Origin: Marsupella aquatica
Taxonomy: Eukaryota > Plantae > Marchantiophyta
Length of the DNA: 64,000 nucleotides
NCBI GenBank assembly: GCA_973895155.1
Contig: OZ316895.1
Span: 11,024,184 to 11,088,183 of the forward strand
Direction of reading: 5' to 3'
A program made the position numbers and the translations under genes. Shown here piece by piece: positions 47,503 to 60,500 of the stretch (positions are counted from its first letter, which is position 1; every line of letters starts with the position of its first letter). Under the pieces are notes generated by a model that had not been told where the DNA came from, did not search any database, and worked only from the letters and a program-made list of their open reading frames with translations.

Positions 47503-49596
47503 CTAGCCGACGTGGATCCAAACAGCTCGGCTGGGGATGCCGTTGTTGTTTAGGAAGGCCATGTACCACGACGGAGGAGCGACATTTCCATTCGGAGGAG
47601 CTGTCACGGCGACGGAATAACGCTGAAGAGTGGGTGTGGGAAGCGGTGCCCCCACGACGAGCTTCAGAAGTCTTTGGCCTTGACCAAACGAATGCGTTGT
47701 GAAAGGGCACGAGATGAGGTTCACCTCCACGTTTGTTGTGGGAGGTGTTACCAAGGAAATCGTGATGGTGAACTTCTGTCCATACTTCACTGTGCTCGGC
47801 CAAGCTGCCCATCCGGGCTTCCTGGCGCTGTACTGCGACTGCATATACGGAGGAGAGAAGGACTCCACTCTCAGCTCTGTGGGGAATGTCCCAGTGTACG
47901 TTGGGTATTGATGGCTGTTGCTCCCCGCCACGAGAATTCGACCATCCGGTAGCAGATTTGCGGTGGAGTGGTAGACTCTTGGAATTGCAGATGCAGTATA
48001 GGTCAGAAACCGACTTCCGGCGGCAGCATCTGGAAGGTAAGCAACGGGATTCAACGTGGGATTTGCATAGACTGCACCCCATCCCTGTGATCCCTGCTGA
48101 GCGCCGTTGATGATCAGTACGTTGCGGGTTGGGAGAAGAATCATGTCGCCCATGGTTCTACGCAAGGGCATCGTCTCCATCGCCCACTGAGCATTGGGGT
48201 CGGTGACAGTCATCCTTCCACAAGTCTGGCTGGCTGGAAACTGGGCTCCATAGTTGTGGTAGGCACCATACTGAGCCCCTCCACAGACTAGTACTTCAGC
48301 AACGGTGTAGCCATTGCCCGAGCCATCGAGAGGGAGCAGCACGGAGGATCCAGCTGAAGGGTAGTTCCTGGGTTCTCCAGGAATTCTCGGGTACGACCGC
48401 ACCACGGTGTTGGTCTGATAGTTGAGGAGAATGGAGTCCCTGTTAGCGAAAATGAAGAGGTTTCCATCCGGTAGCAAGTGGATGTAAGGGTAGTAGTTGT
48501 CATTCAGGCCGGTGGGATCTTGCGTTGTATGAAGCAACGGCAGGTCAAAAGTTCCCACACCAGGCTTGTTGGGAATGAACTCGTAAGTAAAGACACTGCG
48601 TCCTCCCAAGACGAAGATCGTGTTGTCCGGGAGCAACTGGTTGCTCGCGTACCATCTCCCTTGTTGAAGGTCATTCCCTGGGTTTTCCGCCCAGTCGCAC
48701 GTCTCGGATGCTAGACATGGCACAAAATGCCTGACTTTTCTATTCCCATCGAAATCTCCTCCTGTCTGCACGAGAGTTCCGTTTGAGACGAATGCTCCCG
48801 ACGAGCACCATGTATCAGTCAAAATCTCCACGGGGCGAACGGTGTTGCTGTTCGGGTCGAAGATCACCGAGTGGGCGTAGCAATCGTGGGTGAGTATTTT
48901 CTCGTTCGGATCGTCCCTGCATCTGCCATTGGGTAGATTGATCTGCGAGGCTCCGACATCCGTTCTGTCCAGGAAGAGGACTGTGTTGAATCGAGTCACT
49001 GCTGTGTGCATCGAAGCGATCCCCGCATTCTGGAGGAGAGTTCGCCATACTGCCCCTCCTGTGATTGCCAGCAGCCCGGCCTGGAGGCTAGTTCCGTTCG
49101 TATCAAGTGTTCCGTTAGTCACACTAGTTCCGTTAGTAACCAATGTTCCGTTCGTCACTAATGTTCCGTTAGTCACACTAGTTCCATTAGTCACTAATGT
49201 TCCGTTCGTAATTAATGTTCCATTCGTCACTAATGTTCCGTTAGTAACACCAGTTACGTTAGTAACACTAGTTACGTTCGTAATTAATGTTCCATTCGTC
49301 ACTAATGTTCCGTTAGTAACGTCAGTTACGTTAGTAACACTAGTTCCGTTCGTAACTAATGTTCCGTCAGGAACGCTAGTTACGTTGGTACCTAATGTTC
49401 CATTACTAACGCTAGTTCCGTTAGTAGGTGATGTCACGTTTGTACCTAATGTTCCGTCAGTAACATCATTTCCGTTACTATCATCTTTAGAATCGTGTTT
49501 TGAAATGACAAGCTGAGAGGAGAGTACGAGAGCGAGTCCGAGGAAGAACGCCCACTGCTGGACATGGCTCCTTGGATGAGCCATGATTCCGAACAT
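47503..49596 (-). CDS. Secreted copper-radical oxidase (glyoxal/galactose oxidase-like, AA5, plant GLOX) with an N-terminal NxT hexapeptide repeat, 697 aa (or start at 49584), intronless
   Basis: Hydrophobic signal WAFFLGLALVLSS. Plant GLOX motifs AGIASMH, DCYAHS, TDTWCSSG, RWYAS, RNYPSAGSS, RVYHS and FTTHSF. Cys-Tyr radical and Tyr/His/His Cu ligands appear intact. Confidence 0.95.
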   Translation of the reverse strand: MFGIMAHPRSHVQQWAFFLGLALVLSSQLVISKHDSKDDSNGNDVTDGTLGTNVTSPTNGTSVSNGTLGTNVTSVPDGTLVTNGTSVTNVTDVTNGTLVTNGTLITNVTSVTNVTGVTNGTLVTNGTLITNGTLVTNGTSVTNGTLVTNGTLVTNGTSVTNGTLDTNGTSLQAGLLAITGGAVWRTLLQNAGIASMHTAVTRFNTVLFLDRTDVGASQINLPNGRCRDDPNEKILTHDCYAHSVIFDPNSNTVRPVEILTDTWCSSGAFVSNGTLVQTGGDFDGNRKVRHFVPCLASETCDWAENPGNDLQQGRWYASNQLLPDNTIFVLGGRSVFTYEFIPNKPGVGTFDLPLLHTTQDPTGLNDNYYPYIHLLPDGNLFIFANRDSILLNYQTNTVVRSYPRIPGEPRNYPSAGSSVLLPLDGSGNGYTVAEVLVCGGAQYGAYHNYGAQFPASQTCGRMTVTDPNAQWAMETMPLRRTMGDMILLPTRNVLIINGAQQGSQGWGAVYANPTLNPVAYLPDAAAGSRFLTYTASAIPRVYHSTANLLPDGRILVAGSNSHQYPTYTGTFPTELRVESFSPPYMQSQYSARKPGWAAWPSTVKYGQKFTITISLVTPPTTNVEVNLISCPFTTHSFGQGQRLLKLVVGAPLPTPTLQRYSVAVTAPPNGNVAPPSWYMAFLNNNGIPSRAVWIHVG
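49084..49461 (-). repeat. Coding 18-bp tandem repeat, 21 units, T-N-(G/V)-T-(L/S)-V
   Basis: aa 46-171 of the GLOX ORF. 19 of 21 units contain N-x-T. Confidence 0.95.
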
Positions 49597-50856
49597 TTCT
49601 GCTCTTCAATTCGACCCCACTTGTTTGTGGACTGGCACCCGGTCGCGTCTCCAGTTGAATGTGTCGATGTAGACCAACGTACGTACCCCTGAACTCAATT
49701 GTTGAGCACGAGAACTAATGCATTTCCCAACTCGTGACGTCGAGAATTGATCCGATTCTAGAACACGCTTTGCAGAATGTTCAACAAAACTTCCCACCAA
49801 TGCTGACGAAGACAGCTAAATAATCATGCAAACGTCCAAGGTTGATGTCTAGAGTAGCTATCTAGCTAAGGACCTCATGAGCAAAGCATCTAGCCCGGCG
49901 CACCAAGAGCTTAGGAGATATCCCAGAAGCTGACTGCTTAGGAGATATCCAGAAGCTACAAAATCAAACGTACTCCCGTGGCACCTTCAACTCCACTTCT
50001 CGGACAAATGAGTGATCGAACAACACGATTGATCCAAAGTTCGAAGTCAATCACCGGTTTGGATCTAAGATAGTCGGGCCGGTTGTGTATTCGGGCACAA
50101 CTTTACTGAGCTGCTTAATTTCAATGGAGACTTGAGCAGCTTGGTCCCCTTCCTTCGATCCCTCGAAGGCTGCAGACAAGCTGAGCTCAAAGTCTCCGCT
50201 TCAAGAAGGGGGTGCTACCTGATCCTGCAGACCCCTCTGAAGTAGAATGGCAAGAAGTTTTCGTCTCTGAGATCATCACATCTGACAGTCTAAACTTGAG
50301 CCAGGTATCTAGCTGGGACCACCGTCCTGGTGCTTTTTTTGGTTCACATTCAATTTAAATCCACTGCTCGAGGTCGTGATTTCTTGTGACCCTTTCTCCA
50401 GCCACACCTAGAGCCGGCTGATCCTCCCTTGTAACTACGAGACTACAAGATTCACTTTGCGGGTCTAGTTTACGCAGTTGAAGATCTGCTACATATTGTG
50501 GGTCAACTTGACCAATCGGTCGAGCAGATTTTCTCGTTTGACCAGATCGAGCAAAGCAAAGTTCGCGCTTTCCGCAGGATCCGTGTAAAGTGTATCGGGG
50601 TCTATTTACGGTAGGAGCGAGATGAATAATTGTTGAGTTCTGAACTGGCACGTTCGCCATCACGGCCAAAATTCTCGCAAGGTCTAGCTGAAGAGAAGGA
50701 GCTTGGGTCATGAACTGGCACGTTCTCCATTTACGGCCAAAAGGCAAGCAAGATCCAGCTGAAGAGTAGGAGCTTGGGCCCTGAACTGGCACGATGGCCA
50801 TTCGTGGTGAAATGTACCCAAGTTAATTTTAGCATAACAGAAGGAGCTTGGGCACT

Positions 50857-50952
50857 GTCACAGCGTTGTCACACGAGGATAATTGTTGCCTGTCGCAGCG
50901 TTGTCACACGAGGATAATTGTTGACTGTCGCAGCGTTGTCACACGAGGATAA
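50857..50952. repeat. 35-bp tandem repeat, ~2.7 copies, upstream of GLOX
   Basis: gtc(a/g)cagcgttgtcacacgaggataattgttg(c/a)ct repeated head to tail. Confidence 0.9.
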
Positions 50953-51902
50953 GTGTGCACTGTCTCACCGGGAATCCTAATGATACCTTGGAGAAATCAC
51001 TGGCTTTCACCTACTATTGCCGAGTTGAGCTCCGCATGTCTACTGTAGCTTGGGGTCCTCAACACCTGCTCAATTCATTCAGGGTCCAGGTGCAGGTGGA
51101 GACCGAGGTTCGAGACTCTTCTAATTTTTTTAATAGGGCGTCTCAAAGCAAGGCGGGCTTAAGGATTGAGATATGGGAATAAAAGAACTGTTGACCAAAA
51201 AGTTGTGTGAGAAAATGCACTGACGTACTGTTGACCAAAAAGTTGCTCGAGACCAAAATAGACTTATGTGAGAAAATGCAGCGACTGTTACCAAAACTTT
51301 AACTTTGATATTTTGAATTTGCTTTATCATAAGATTATCATAATACCTACCTTATCCAAAGATTTTGAATTTGCTTTATCATAAGATTATCATAATACCC
51401 ACGTTATCCAACCAGCTTATCCAGAGACAGAAACTACTTGCCATCTAGAGAGTGTGTATTATTACTACCCATTCTTTGAGCATGAATAGGGGAGTGTACA
51501 ATAAAAATGTCATCAAAATATATTCTCTATTCATATTCTTTGAATGTAAATAGAAGGATAACAAAATTCATCATTTTAATAATCATATATAATATATCAT
51601 TCTCCTTTATGTGCACATCATTTTTTTTGTATGCACATCTATATGAGTTTTTCACATGCACATGATAGCCATATTATGTGAAGATTAATAAAATATACGA
51701 TAAAAAAAACTATCATTTTAATAGTCATATATAATATTAATACCATTCTTCTTTATGTGCATATTATTCTTTTTGCATGCACATCCATATGAGTTTTTCA
51801 CATACACATGATGACCATAGAGTTACGGTCTAGAGGCTTCACTCTAGACCTAGGCTCTTCACAGTGGACTTCAGTTGGTGCTTTTATAGTAAGATTCTTA
51901 AA

Positions 51903-53436
51903 TGTTACCGTGACCGCTTGTGGAGGTAGTAGGTTTGTCCGACAAGGACGGAAGTCGCGGAACTCGACTACCTTAGCACTTAGCTCCGGCGTTGCTGACT
52001 CTGACACCGAGCTCCCTTATGGTCCAGGCCCGGATAGGCCACCCGGGAGGACTTAGCATGGGGAGACTTGTGGGCAATGGGAAATGGCATTGGCGAAGGC
52101 AAGACGTCAAGCTGGTGACACACACTAAGGCTTAGGCTAGTTGAGAGCTGGTTGGGTCAAGGGGAAACGGGCCGGACTCAAGGTCAACTATCCGGGCCCC
52201 CGGATGGACTTTGGGTTCTGAGGGCTCGAGTGAGAGCTTCTCTTGGGCCCAAGGCCAATGGAGTTAACGCCATGGGCAACGGACGCTTGGGGCGCAAGTT
52301 ATGGTCTGATCCAGGTTGGGGTGGTCGGGGGCCCCAAGCGGCAATTGAGACACCGGGTCGGCCCGATCACAACGGGCTAAGGCACTCCGCTTGTGGACGC
52401 CTAACGAGAAAGATATGGGCGTTGCCAATTGGTGGCGCCCCCAGTATGCGCGATAGGATCCGGGTTGGAGGCCAAATGTTTAGGGACCAAAGCTGGTTTG
52501 GGGGTGATAGGTATCCAGAAGCATATATGAGGGGAGTGGTGTCTCCCTGAGGGCCAAGGGCGAGCTGAAGTCATGAGCCGCAGCAGTCGCGACACTAAGG
52601 GAAAGCATCAAACAAAAATGACAATATCTTCCCAACGGGAAGTCCGTTGGAGGACTTCTTGGGTGTGTTGGAAAGCTATCGAGGAGCGCTACGTCCTCTT
52701 GAGCTCAGATGGGTCTGGGGACGCCATGGGTTATCAAGGTTTGTGGGTGTTAGCTCGCCTGCTTGCCAAATATATCCTGCCGAAACAGCAGCCAAGCCGC
52801 GTTCAGTCTCCCAAGGAAGCTTGCGTTGGGGAGGCAAGGCCAAGTAGGCGTGGAGGTTGAATTCCAAGGGTGTTTGGCCCCTAGACCATCAGTGGGGTGA
52901 GAACCGGGAGTTGGTTGCTAGAGTCGGGGCCATTCTGGTTCCGACGTGTTGAGACAAGCTTGAGACAAGCTTTAGGACCAGCTGCGCTATTTGGGCTATG
53001 AGCATGTCCTGGGGTCAGGGCGGTCAGTTGGTGATGGATAGGTACGAGAGGGAACCCGGGCCACGCCCAAGGAAGGAACTGTTCTGGACGAATGTGGGCG
53101 TGGATTCTAGTTCCGACTTATGGCATCGGGAGGACCTATCGCTGACCTATTTACCAATTTTTGTTGAGCTTGAGTTAGGATGCTAGACTTGGAGAGATCT
53201 AGATCCTGAAGGGTTACTTACCGAGACGCTTGGTTGCTTGTGCAAACAGTGAGGGCCGTTGAGTAACGGTCGCGTTAGAGAGCAAATGCGGCTTCGTATG
53301 GGAGGGGCCGCCGGTAGTGCACAGGGCACTAGGTTGCTTGCTCAAGGTATTCCGTGGAGGCGTTGGGGCACTAGGGGCACTTAGGCGCGGGTGTTGGGAT
53401 TGGTGAGGGCGCAGGGTACCAAGGTCCACCACTACG
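51903..53436. mobile_element. ~1.5 kb LTR-like repeat, copy B (probable solo LTR), inverted relative to copy A
   Basis: Begins TGTTACCG and ends ...CCACCACTAC(g), consistent with a decayed TG...CA LTR. Reverse-complement match to 31061-32542. No matching TSD. Confidence 0.8.
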
Positions 53437-56264
53437 GACCAAAATCACTTATTTTGATTAGGAGTACCCATATCTCATCCCTTTATGGCACGGGTCAATG
53501 CATATCCCCTTTACAACCAATGGACCATAAAGTTTGGTCATAAGGTGTTTTATGGTCACAACTAGTGTCCTGTAACTTTTACGACCCAACCTGCTTTGAG
53601 ATGCCCTAATAGTACACGAGATAGTACAACTGTAATATTCATTTCTACACCCTGAGTGGGCCCTCAGCTTACGTAATCCCAGAAACACGTGCGCCCGCTT
53701 GAAGGGTATTTTTAATCCATTTCCGGCTAATAATTATAATTCAAGTAGAACCAACCAACCTGCAACTTTATACAAATTTGGGTAAGAAGGGTATTTTCAA
53801 AACCGTGGCATATTAACTCAGCCGAAGGGGTCCTATAATGTATGTGACACGCGTCATTGTATAAGGGGCCATGTGGCAAGGTCTCAATCATTGGAACATA
53901 GTGTCCCGAGTGAGTCACTCTATTAGTACCTAGACTCATATCTTAGCTTGATTATCTGGTTTGTAATCCCGTTTGTAATTATAGTCTCTCCAATGTAGAG
54001 TGCACGCTCGGTGCAGGCAGTGCCCATGCTTGTGGGGATGTTGCCACTGCCCACCTATTGCCTACCGATCCATGTCTTGTCCGTAGTCTTGCCTATACTA
54101 GTTTAGCCAAACTGGTAAAACATATCTAAACTGTGTGAGTGATTGTATGCCCCACTAGGCGCTGTATGCATCATTTTGGATCTTGTATGTTAGCCCTATC
54201 TTGGGTTTTCCTTATTATAATTCCACAATGGGTTTTCAAATATAGATTTTATCAATTTTATAAGTCACCTAAGGGTGATAATGTTTTACATGGAACAAGG
54301 GTAATGTATATGAAAGAAAAAATACTAAGAAGGGGTAGGCAAGGGGGGTCCAGGCACAGGGGGGTACACTTAGTATACATTGAGTGAGTGCCCATGGTTT
54401 CTACATCGATCTTTACAACTGTTTCAATTATCATACATCCGGGGTTAGAAACTCTGAGGAAAATCCACTGTCATTTAACTATTCTGATGGGCAGGATGTT
54501 TCTGATCAATATAATTATTGTGGAAATCATGCAACCTGGTAGTTGACTTGTGTGCCTGTTTTGAAGAAATGGCAATGTTCATATGCCCAGATAATGCATG
54601 TTCTTTGTTGCCAAATTGAAATGTGAACTCTGCTCACACTAGAAATTGAGTAAAAGAGTACCATGCATTCACCTGACCATATTCTCAGTTGCGGATATTA
54701 AGGGGTATCCTCTTTGTCCCATAATTTTGATCTATGGTAATAGAGAGTCTTTTAATTGTCTTCACTTTGCATCTATGGTGACAGAAAGGCTTGTAAGTGT
54801 CCTCACTTTACAACTGATTTAGAAAAGGAACGTAACTAGCCTACTCCTCGACTGTTTCATGACTTGTGTGAGAAGCGAGGATGCTCATTTCACAACAATT
54901 ATTAACAAATTCCCCGTTTACATAAGCAGGGTAAATAATCCATTATACTCTTTGGTGTGAAACAAAAAAGTAGACTTGGCTGACACCACCTAGATTTTTT
55001 TCAAGCCTAGATATTGATGTAATATTTGGATTTTAATTAATCATGATTTATTGTATGCCACCACATTGCACAACAAAGAACAATCTTGTAAGTATTATAA
55101 AGATTTGAATGAGCCATCTCCTTGACACTTGCCTAGAGACTACATTCCTGGGAGCACAAGAAGTTTTTAGAGTCCTTCGGCCATACCAAGTCTTCCATAC
55201 CAAGTCTTCACAAACTCAGCTTTCTCTGACTATCTCTTAGATGACTTTGTAACTATGAGCCAAACTCCTTCTCATTATGCAACTAAGTCCTGCTAGTTAA
55301 TATAATAGTGACACATCTAACCTTAACCAAAGTCTAGAGTGAAATTTCTAGACTGTAATTTCTCAAGGCATTATTTAATGAAAGTGAGGGTGGACTTCCC
55401 CTAAGTTAGAGTGGTTATCTTCTGTTCATATCTCTATCATTCAAGCTGTTTTAGTATCCCTTTTGTATATATGCTAACACAACTACCCATTCTTTGAACG
55501 ACAATAGAGATGAGGATAAAAGAGTGAAGACCCTCGATGACAACAGCTGACCAAGCTTCTTCAAGTAATCGAAGAAGAACTGACAGTTTCACCATAGCCC
55601 TAGCCCCTTCATGCCAGCAGTTGACCTCTTCACAGATGGCCTCCCTAATCCATCGACTCTCTTCACATGCGGACCTATTTTCAAATGCGGTGCGCTAGCA
55701 CTTCTCCACGTCCCCATCCCCATTTTTTACCCCCACCCCTAATTTGATTATCTCCCCCTAAGTGCTTGAAGGTAAGTAAGAGAATATAATAAAGAATCCT
55801 GCAAAAAAAGGATTCTATACTATTTCTCATTCATTTTAGCCCCATCTTTGTTTTTTGTCTATTTCATTTTTATGTTTTGACTATTGAAAGTTAAGGTCTA
55901 GAGGCTTCACTCTATATCATACTACTTAAAAGTAACTTTGCATTGTGCTTGCTTTATTAGTAAAGACACAAACTAAGGTACCTCAAGAATAGTAATCAGT
56001 CCACTTGAACTTCATCTAAAATGGGATTTCTGAATGGGAGCCAAAGTCTACTGGTAGTGGATTCTCTCAATTCTACATGATGGACATGGGTCGCCCAAGA
56101 TGCCCAAGATGCTTGTGCCTCTGGAGGTGGTAGTTTGAAAGGACCTCTGGTTTGTCTCCGTCCATTCTGATTCTGTCAGTTGTTTATTAAATTCACTACC
56201 TGACAACTTTTTTGGTTAGGAGACTCCCAATATGGTCTTGCCAAGGATATTGGGGGTCTAGACC

Positions 56265-56611
56265 CCATCAAATTGTCATCCCGCCATCCCGGTCTCCCGG
56301 AATGGGGTCGGGTCCGGCTGACAGGTTTGGCCCGAGTGGGTTTGGTCCGGGTTTGGGAGGGGATCAAGTGGGCTTGGCCAGGTTCGGGACCAGTGTGTAG
56401 CTGGCACGAGGTCCGGGGCAGGGTGCGGGCGGGCCGGGCCGGGGAAGGCCGGGGAAGGCCGGGCCGAGAGGGTCGGGGGGGTTTGCAATGGGTGGGGAGA
56501 GTTGGGCCGGGTCGGGAGGGTTTGGGGGAGTCCGGGGGGAAACTCGGGAATGGCCGGGGAATCAGTACAAATATATGTCAAATTGCCTCCTTTCGGGCTG
56601 TCATTTGATGG
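56265..56611. mobile_element. Possible MITE with a G-run-rich interior
   Basis: ccatcaaattgtcatcccg at the left is an imperfect inverted repeat of cgggctgtcatttgatgg at the right. Interior made of ggg/ggcc repeats. No TSD seen. Confidence 0.4.
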
Positions 56612-57517
56612 TTTTACGTGCCCAGCAAGGCATCAACTTGCCCATCAGGTTACATTGGGAGGAGACTCTTTCAATAAACCTTGTGAGTCAGGTATGGTAA
56701 AACACAAGTGACCTCTCATTCCTTGTACTCTGGTTCTTGTCAAGTCCCCTTCAGTTGGGCTACACTTCTTTGCCCGACTGAAGTACTCTCGAGCTTTTTG
56801 GCTCTATGGTCTTTCCAGAGTTTCCCCCTAGTTTTCTCCCCTTCATTTGGTCGCATGCATTTGGGATCCTGTGTCCAGATTTGGCGCTTTTTGGTGTCTG
56901 GAAGTGTGATATATACTATGTGAGCATTGCCAGCACCTCGTCATGCTATCTAGGCTTTCATTTCCACTAAAATCGCAAGGCTTATTAGGCCACAGATTGT
57001 GACCAATGAGTTGAGTCCCAGATAAACAGTATTGGAATCTCAAGTCCGGTTTCTGTCTCCAATGTAGGGAATTCATAGTTATCCACTGCAGTTTCAAGTG
57101 TCCAAAGACAGACTACTTTAGTCATGCTGATTTGTCGTGGTGTCTTGATGATTTGGTGCTGCCTGTGGAGCCCAGCCCCGCTCAGCTCAACATTGGGAAT
57201 CTCAATATTACTTTGTGGGCTCCCATTTAGAAATCTCGATTCAATTGTACTTCGTGGCCTCCTCGGCTCTGTAGGTTAGTGATGAGTGGACCAATTGCCT
57301 CTGAGATACCTCTGTCTCTTGCCTCCAGCATCGATCCCGTATTGATTCATTGTGTGCATCGGATGGCTTGGGATTTGGGGCAGTGAGGATGATGGGAGCA
57401 AGAAACTGCTGTGGGAGTACTGAAATTCGACTGGGCTGAGTTTCTCCCTCTCTCCCTTCGTCTCTTCTTCTTCTTCTTCGTTTCCGTTCTGCTCGTCTTC
57501 TGGAGCGAGCAGCAGTC

Positions 57518-60500
57518 ATGGCGAGTGCTGCGAAATTGGGTGTCATTGGGTTATCTCCAAATTTCATCACCCAGTCACTCTCGGCTCCTGGTTGCTCAAC
57601 TTCTCGGCACTCAACCGCGCCATGGATTAGCAAAAATGGCGTAAGTTCTCTTGTTTCCCTCTCACTCAGCCAGGCACAGACCGATCCAGATTGAGCTGCA
57701 GTTCCTATGGGCCGGCTACAGCACTGTTTCACAATTTTTATGACTCTCTGTACCTGTGTATCCAAAATTTGTGCTCACTCGTCAATTCATGGTGAAACCG
57801 GCGGCCAGGAAAGGGAGACGAATTCATTTCAAATGACTTGCAATTCGGCCAGCCCTCGTGTGATGAGAATACGATGAGGACCATATTTTTAGATGCCAAA
57901 ATTCACTAGGAGGCGAGATTCGGTTCCTAGCAAAAGTAGAATTCACAGCTCAAGGCAAAAGAGGGCAATGTTTCAAAGTCATCTGCAGTGGTCTGTTCTG
58001 CCTATCCGTCAGTCTATCAGTCGTTAGAACGAAAGTCTAGTGGGAAATTGAGCAAATTATATCTACTCGCCTTCCTGGGAATCCCGTCAGGAGGAAAGAA
58101 TTTATCTAGCAGGTGGGCAGTCCTCCGACTTTGAGTAGAGGATTCATTTCAGAACAAGATTGGGAACTGTAAAATTGGCCGGCACAATTGAAGATGGAAC
58201 AGTATTTTCAGCATTTTGTAGATCGCCCTCGAACGCTAGAAGGGGATTTGAACGCCATGTTATCAAAGGAATGACTCACGGCAAGAGGCTCCTTGCTTGA
58301 AGCTCTTAGCCTTGATCTCCACAACACGTTAAAATAACGCTGACTGATCAATGGATTTTCCAGTAGTCCGTCCCACTACTACCTTCGTTCGGACCGGTCC
58401 GGCCGGGGGTCCGGCAATTGTTAGGAGTCCTGAGCGTTTGCAGCAAATTATACTTTCATATACCTGATGAGAACTTGCGGAATCGAGACCTGGCAATTGT
58501 CAAGATTTCAAAGTATCTGAGAAAACAGTTACTGGGACTGTAATTGGCTGAGTGAACTTCAGATTTCTACCTGGACCAATAGCCATATACGAATAATTTC
58601 AAATTGCATTGCTTGCAAGTGTTATTTAAAATGTGTCCTTGATCGATCCTATTCCTCAGACGTTCACTTGATGTCTTCTTGAGGCGGTTTAAGGTTTACA
58701 TAAGGTTGAAGGTAAATTTTCTTTTACTCTCAAAGGTGGTCGGAGGTCAACGACAATTTCAGTAGTGGTCTCTTGTCTCACCCCCAAATTTTCTCTTAAA
58801 AACTAGGCAGTACAGAGGCTTTTTAGGTCCCTTACTGCTGCTAAGCAAGGTTCAATCTTCCATGTGCGTGCCTTCCCATCTGTGTTGAAAGTTTTCTCGA
58901 TTTACTTGGCGTAGACAAGTAAAATACTGCAATCTTTGAATTAGAAACTTTTCATGTCGCTGGCATGAAGGCTGGCATTAGTTTATTTCCAGTATTCGAG
59001 TCCTGTAGCTAAACTGTAGGTGTGGGACGCAATTTCTCGTAAGGTCGGACCTACTACACGTAGGCAATTGGTCAAGGCAAAATCAACCAAGTGCCTCTCA
59101 AACACCCAGAACAATCTTTCTTTGTGTCTTTCCAAGGAGCATGATTGGAAATTCAATGATAACTTAAATGTCCGATCATGTCTGCCTTATAGTAATGGGA
59201 GTTTCTCGTTTCTCTCCAGATGCAGCCTTTGTGTCTATCCGGACCACTGTGTCATGCGGGATTCAGAAGACCTACATGCAAGAGAACGGACACATTCCCA
59301 GTCATTTCCTACGTCTGGCGTTGGACGCAGCTTCAACTGCGCAGGTCAGGTTGTTTTCCAAACCAAGTAAGAGAGAAGGTGCCTCTGAAGGTTCAGTCCG
59401 AAGCGCCTTCTCAACATACTCCAGAGGCTTCATCCAAAGCCAGTGGAGGTAATGTACAACCTTTGAGGTGACTGCCTTCGTTGCTAGTAAAGAAGTATGA
59501 AGGGATCAGCAAAGCTCCTTCTTTTCAGATCAATTTTTGTACATGTGGTTGCCTTCAGGGTTAGGAGTGAAGGTTCACCCATGTTCGTACTTTCTGCTTC
59601 TTTGGTCCAACTTGTGAAGTTATTGCATTATGGGAAGTTACAACGAGTTGAAATGTCAGAAGATAAGGTTCCCTGGTGCAGATGAAGCTGTGAAGACACA
59701 CACTGGAAATTCGACCTCTGCAGCAACATTGACAAGCTTGGATATTCCAGAAGTAGCGCACGAGACTTCGCCTGCTTCTACAGTGGTTTCTGAGGCAATA
59801 TCAGTGTCACCAAGTGATGGAATAAGTTGGGACTTTGATTCAGAGACGGATACAGTCTTGAGCATTATTGTAATGGGTGCCACTGGAGAGCTTGCAAAAA
59901 GCAAAATCTTCCCAGCTCTCTTCGCCTTATATTTCAGTGGTAGTCTGCCAAAGGTACCCACTTCTATGAGACCTACTTCTCCCTAAATCAGGATGCGAAG
60001 AGATTTATGTCTATATTCCAGTGAGCACGACGTTGTCAACCTTCCGTCGAATGCTGTTCTGAGGATGTGCATTGACAAGAAATGTCAGGCTGAATTCCTT
60101 CCTGGGACTGGCTCATTAAGGCCAAGCCTGCAACTGCGTAATGTTTATGTATTCACTAAGAAATCTTACGTCACTGTTATCACTACTCAATGCCTTTGTT
60201 CCTTGATAGTTTGTTGCTCCTGCTCAGGTTGCAGCTCCATAAATTGTCACATGGTTTTACCCTCGAATACTAAACTATATATGTGGTAGTGCAGAATGTT
60301 GTGATATTTGGGTACTCCAGAACACATCTAACCGATGACGATCTGAGGTTATCAATAAGTGAGAGGTTGACCTGCAGGATTGATGATCAGTAAGTGCTAA
60401 GGTTTATGTACAATCCCTCTCGTCTTCAAATGTTTTATGCCTCCGTGCATGAGAAGTGTTAATCTATACGCATTAAGTACTTCTTTGTTCAGTAGACAGA

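Noticed and set aside
48890-49516. 208-aa antisense ORF (VTNVPF repeats)
   Set aside because: Mirror of the 18-bp GLOX coding repeat, whose codons give no antisense stops.
50857-50952. 35-bp repeats of CRISPR-like length (also 2527-2605 and 15640-15795)
   Set aside because: Head-to-tail tandem copies without unique spacers, no cas genes, eukaryotic context.
59020-59219. Possible extra G6PD4 exon starting at tgtag|GTGTGG
   Set aside because: No convincing donor, and reading on gives a stop at 59370. The model is in frame without it using the strong acceptor at 59220.
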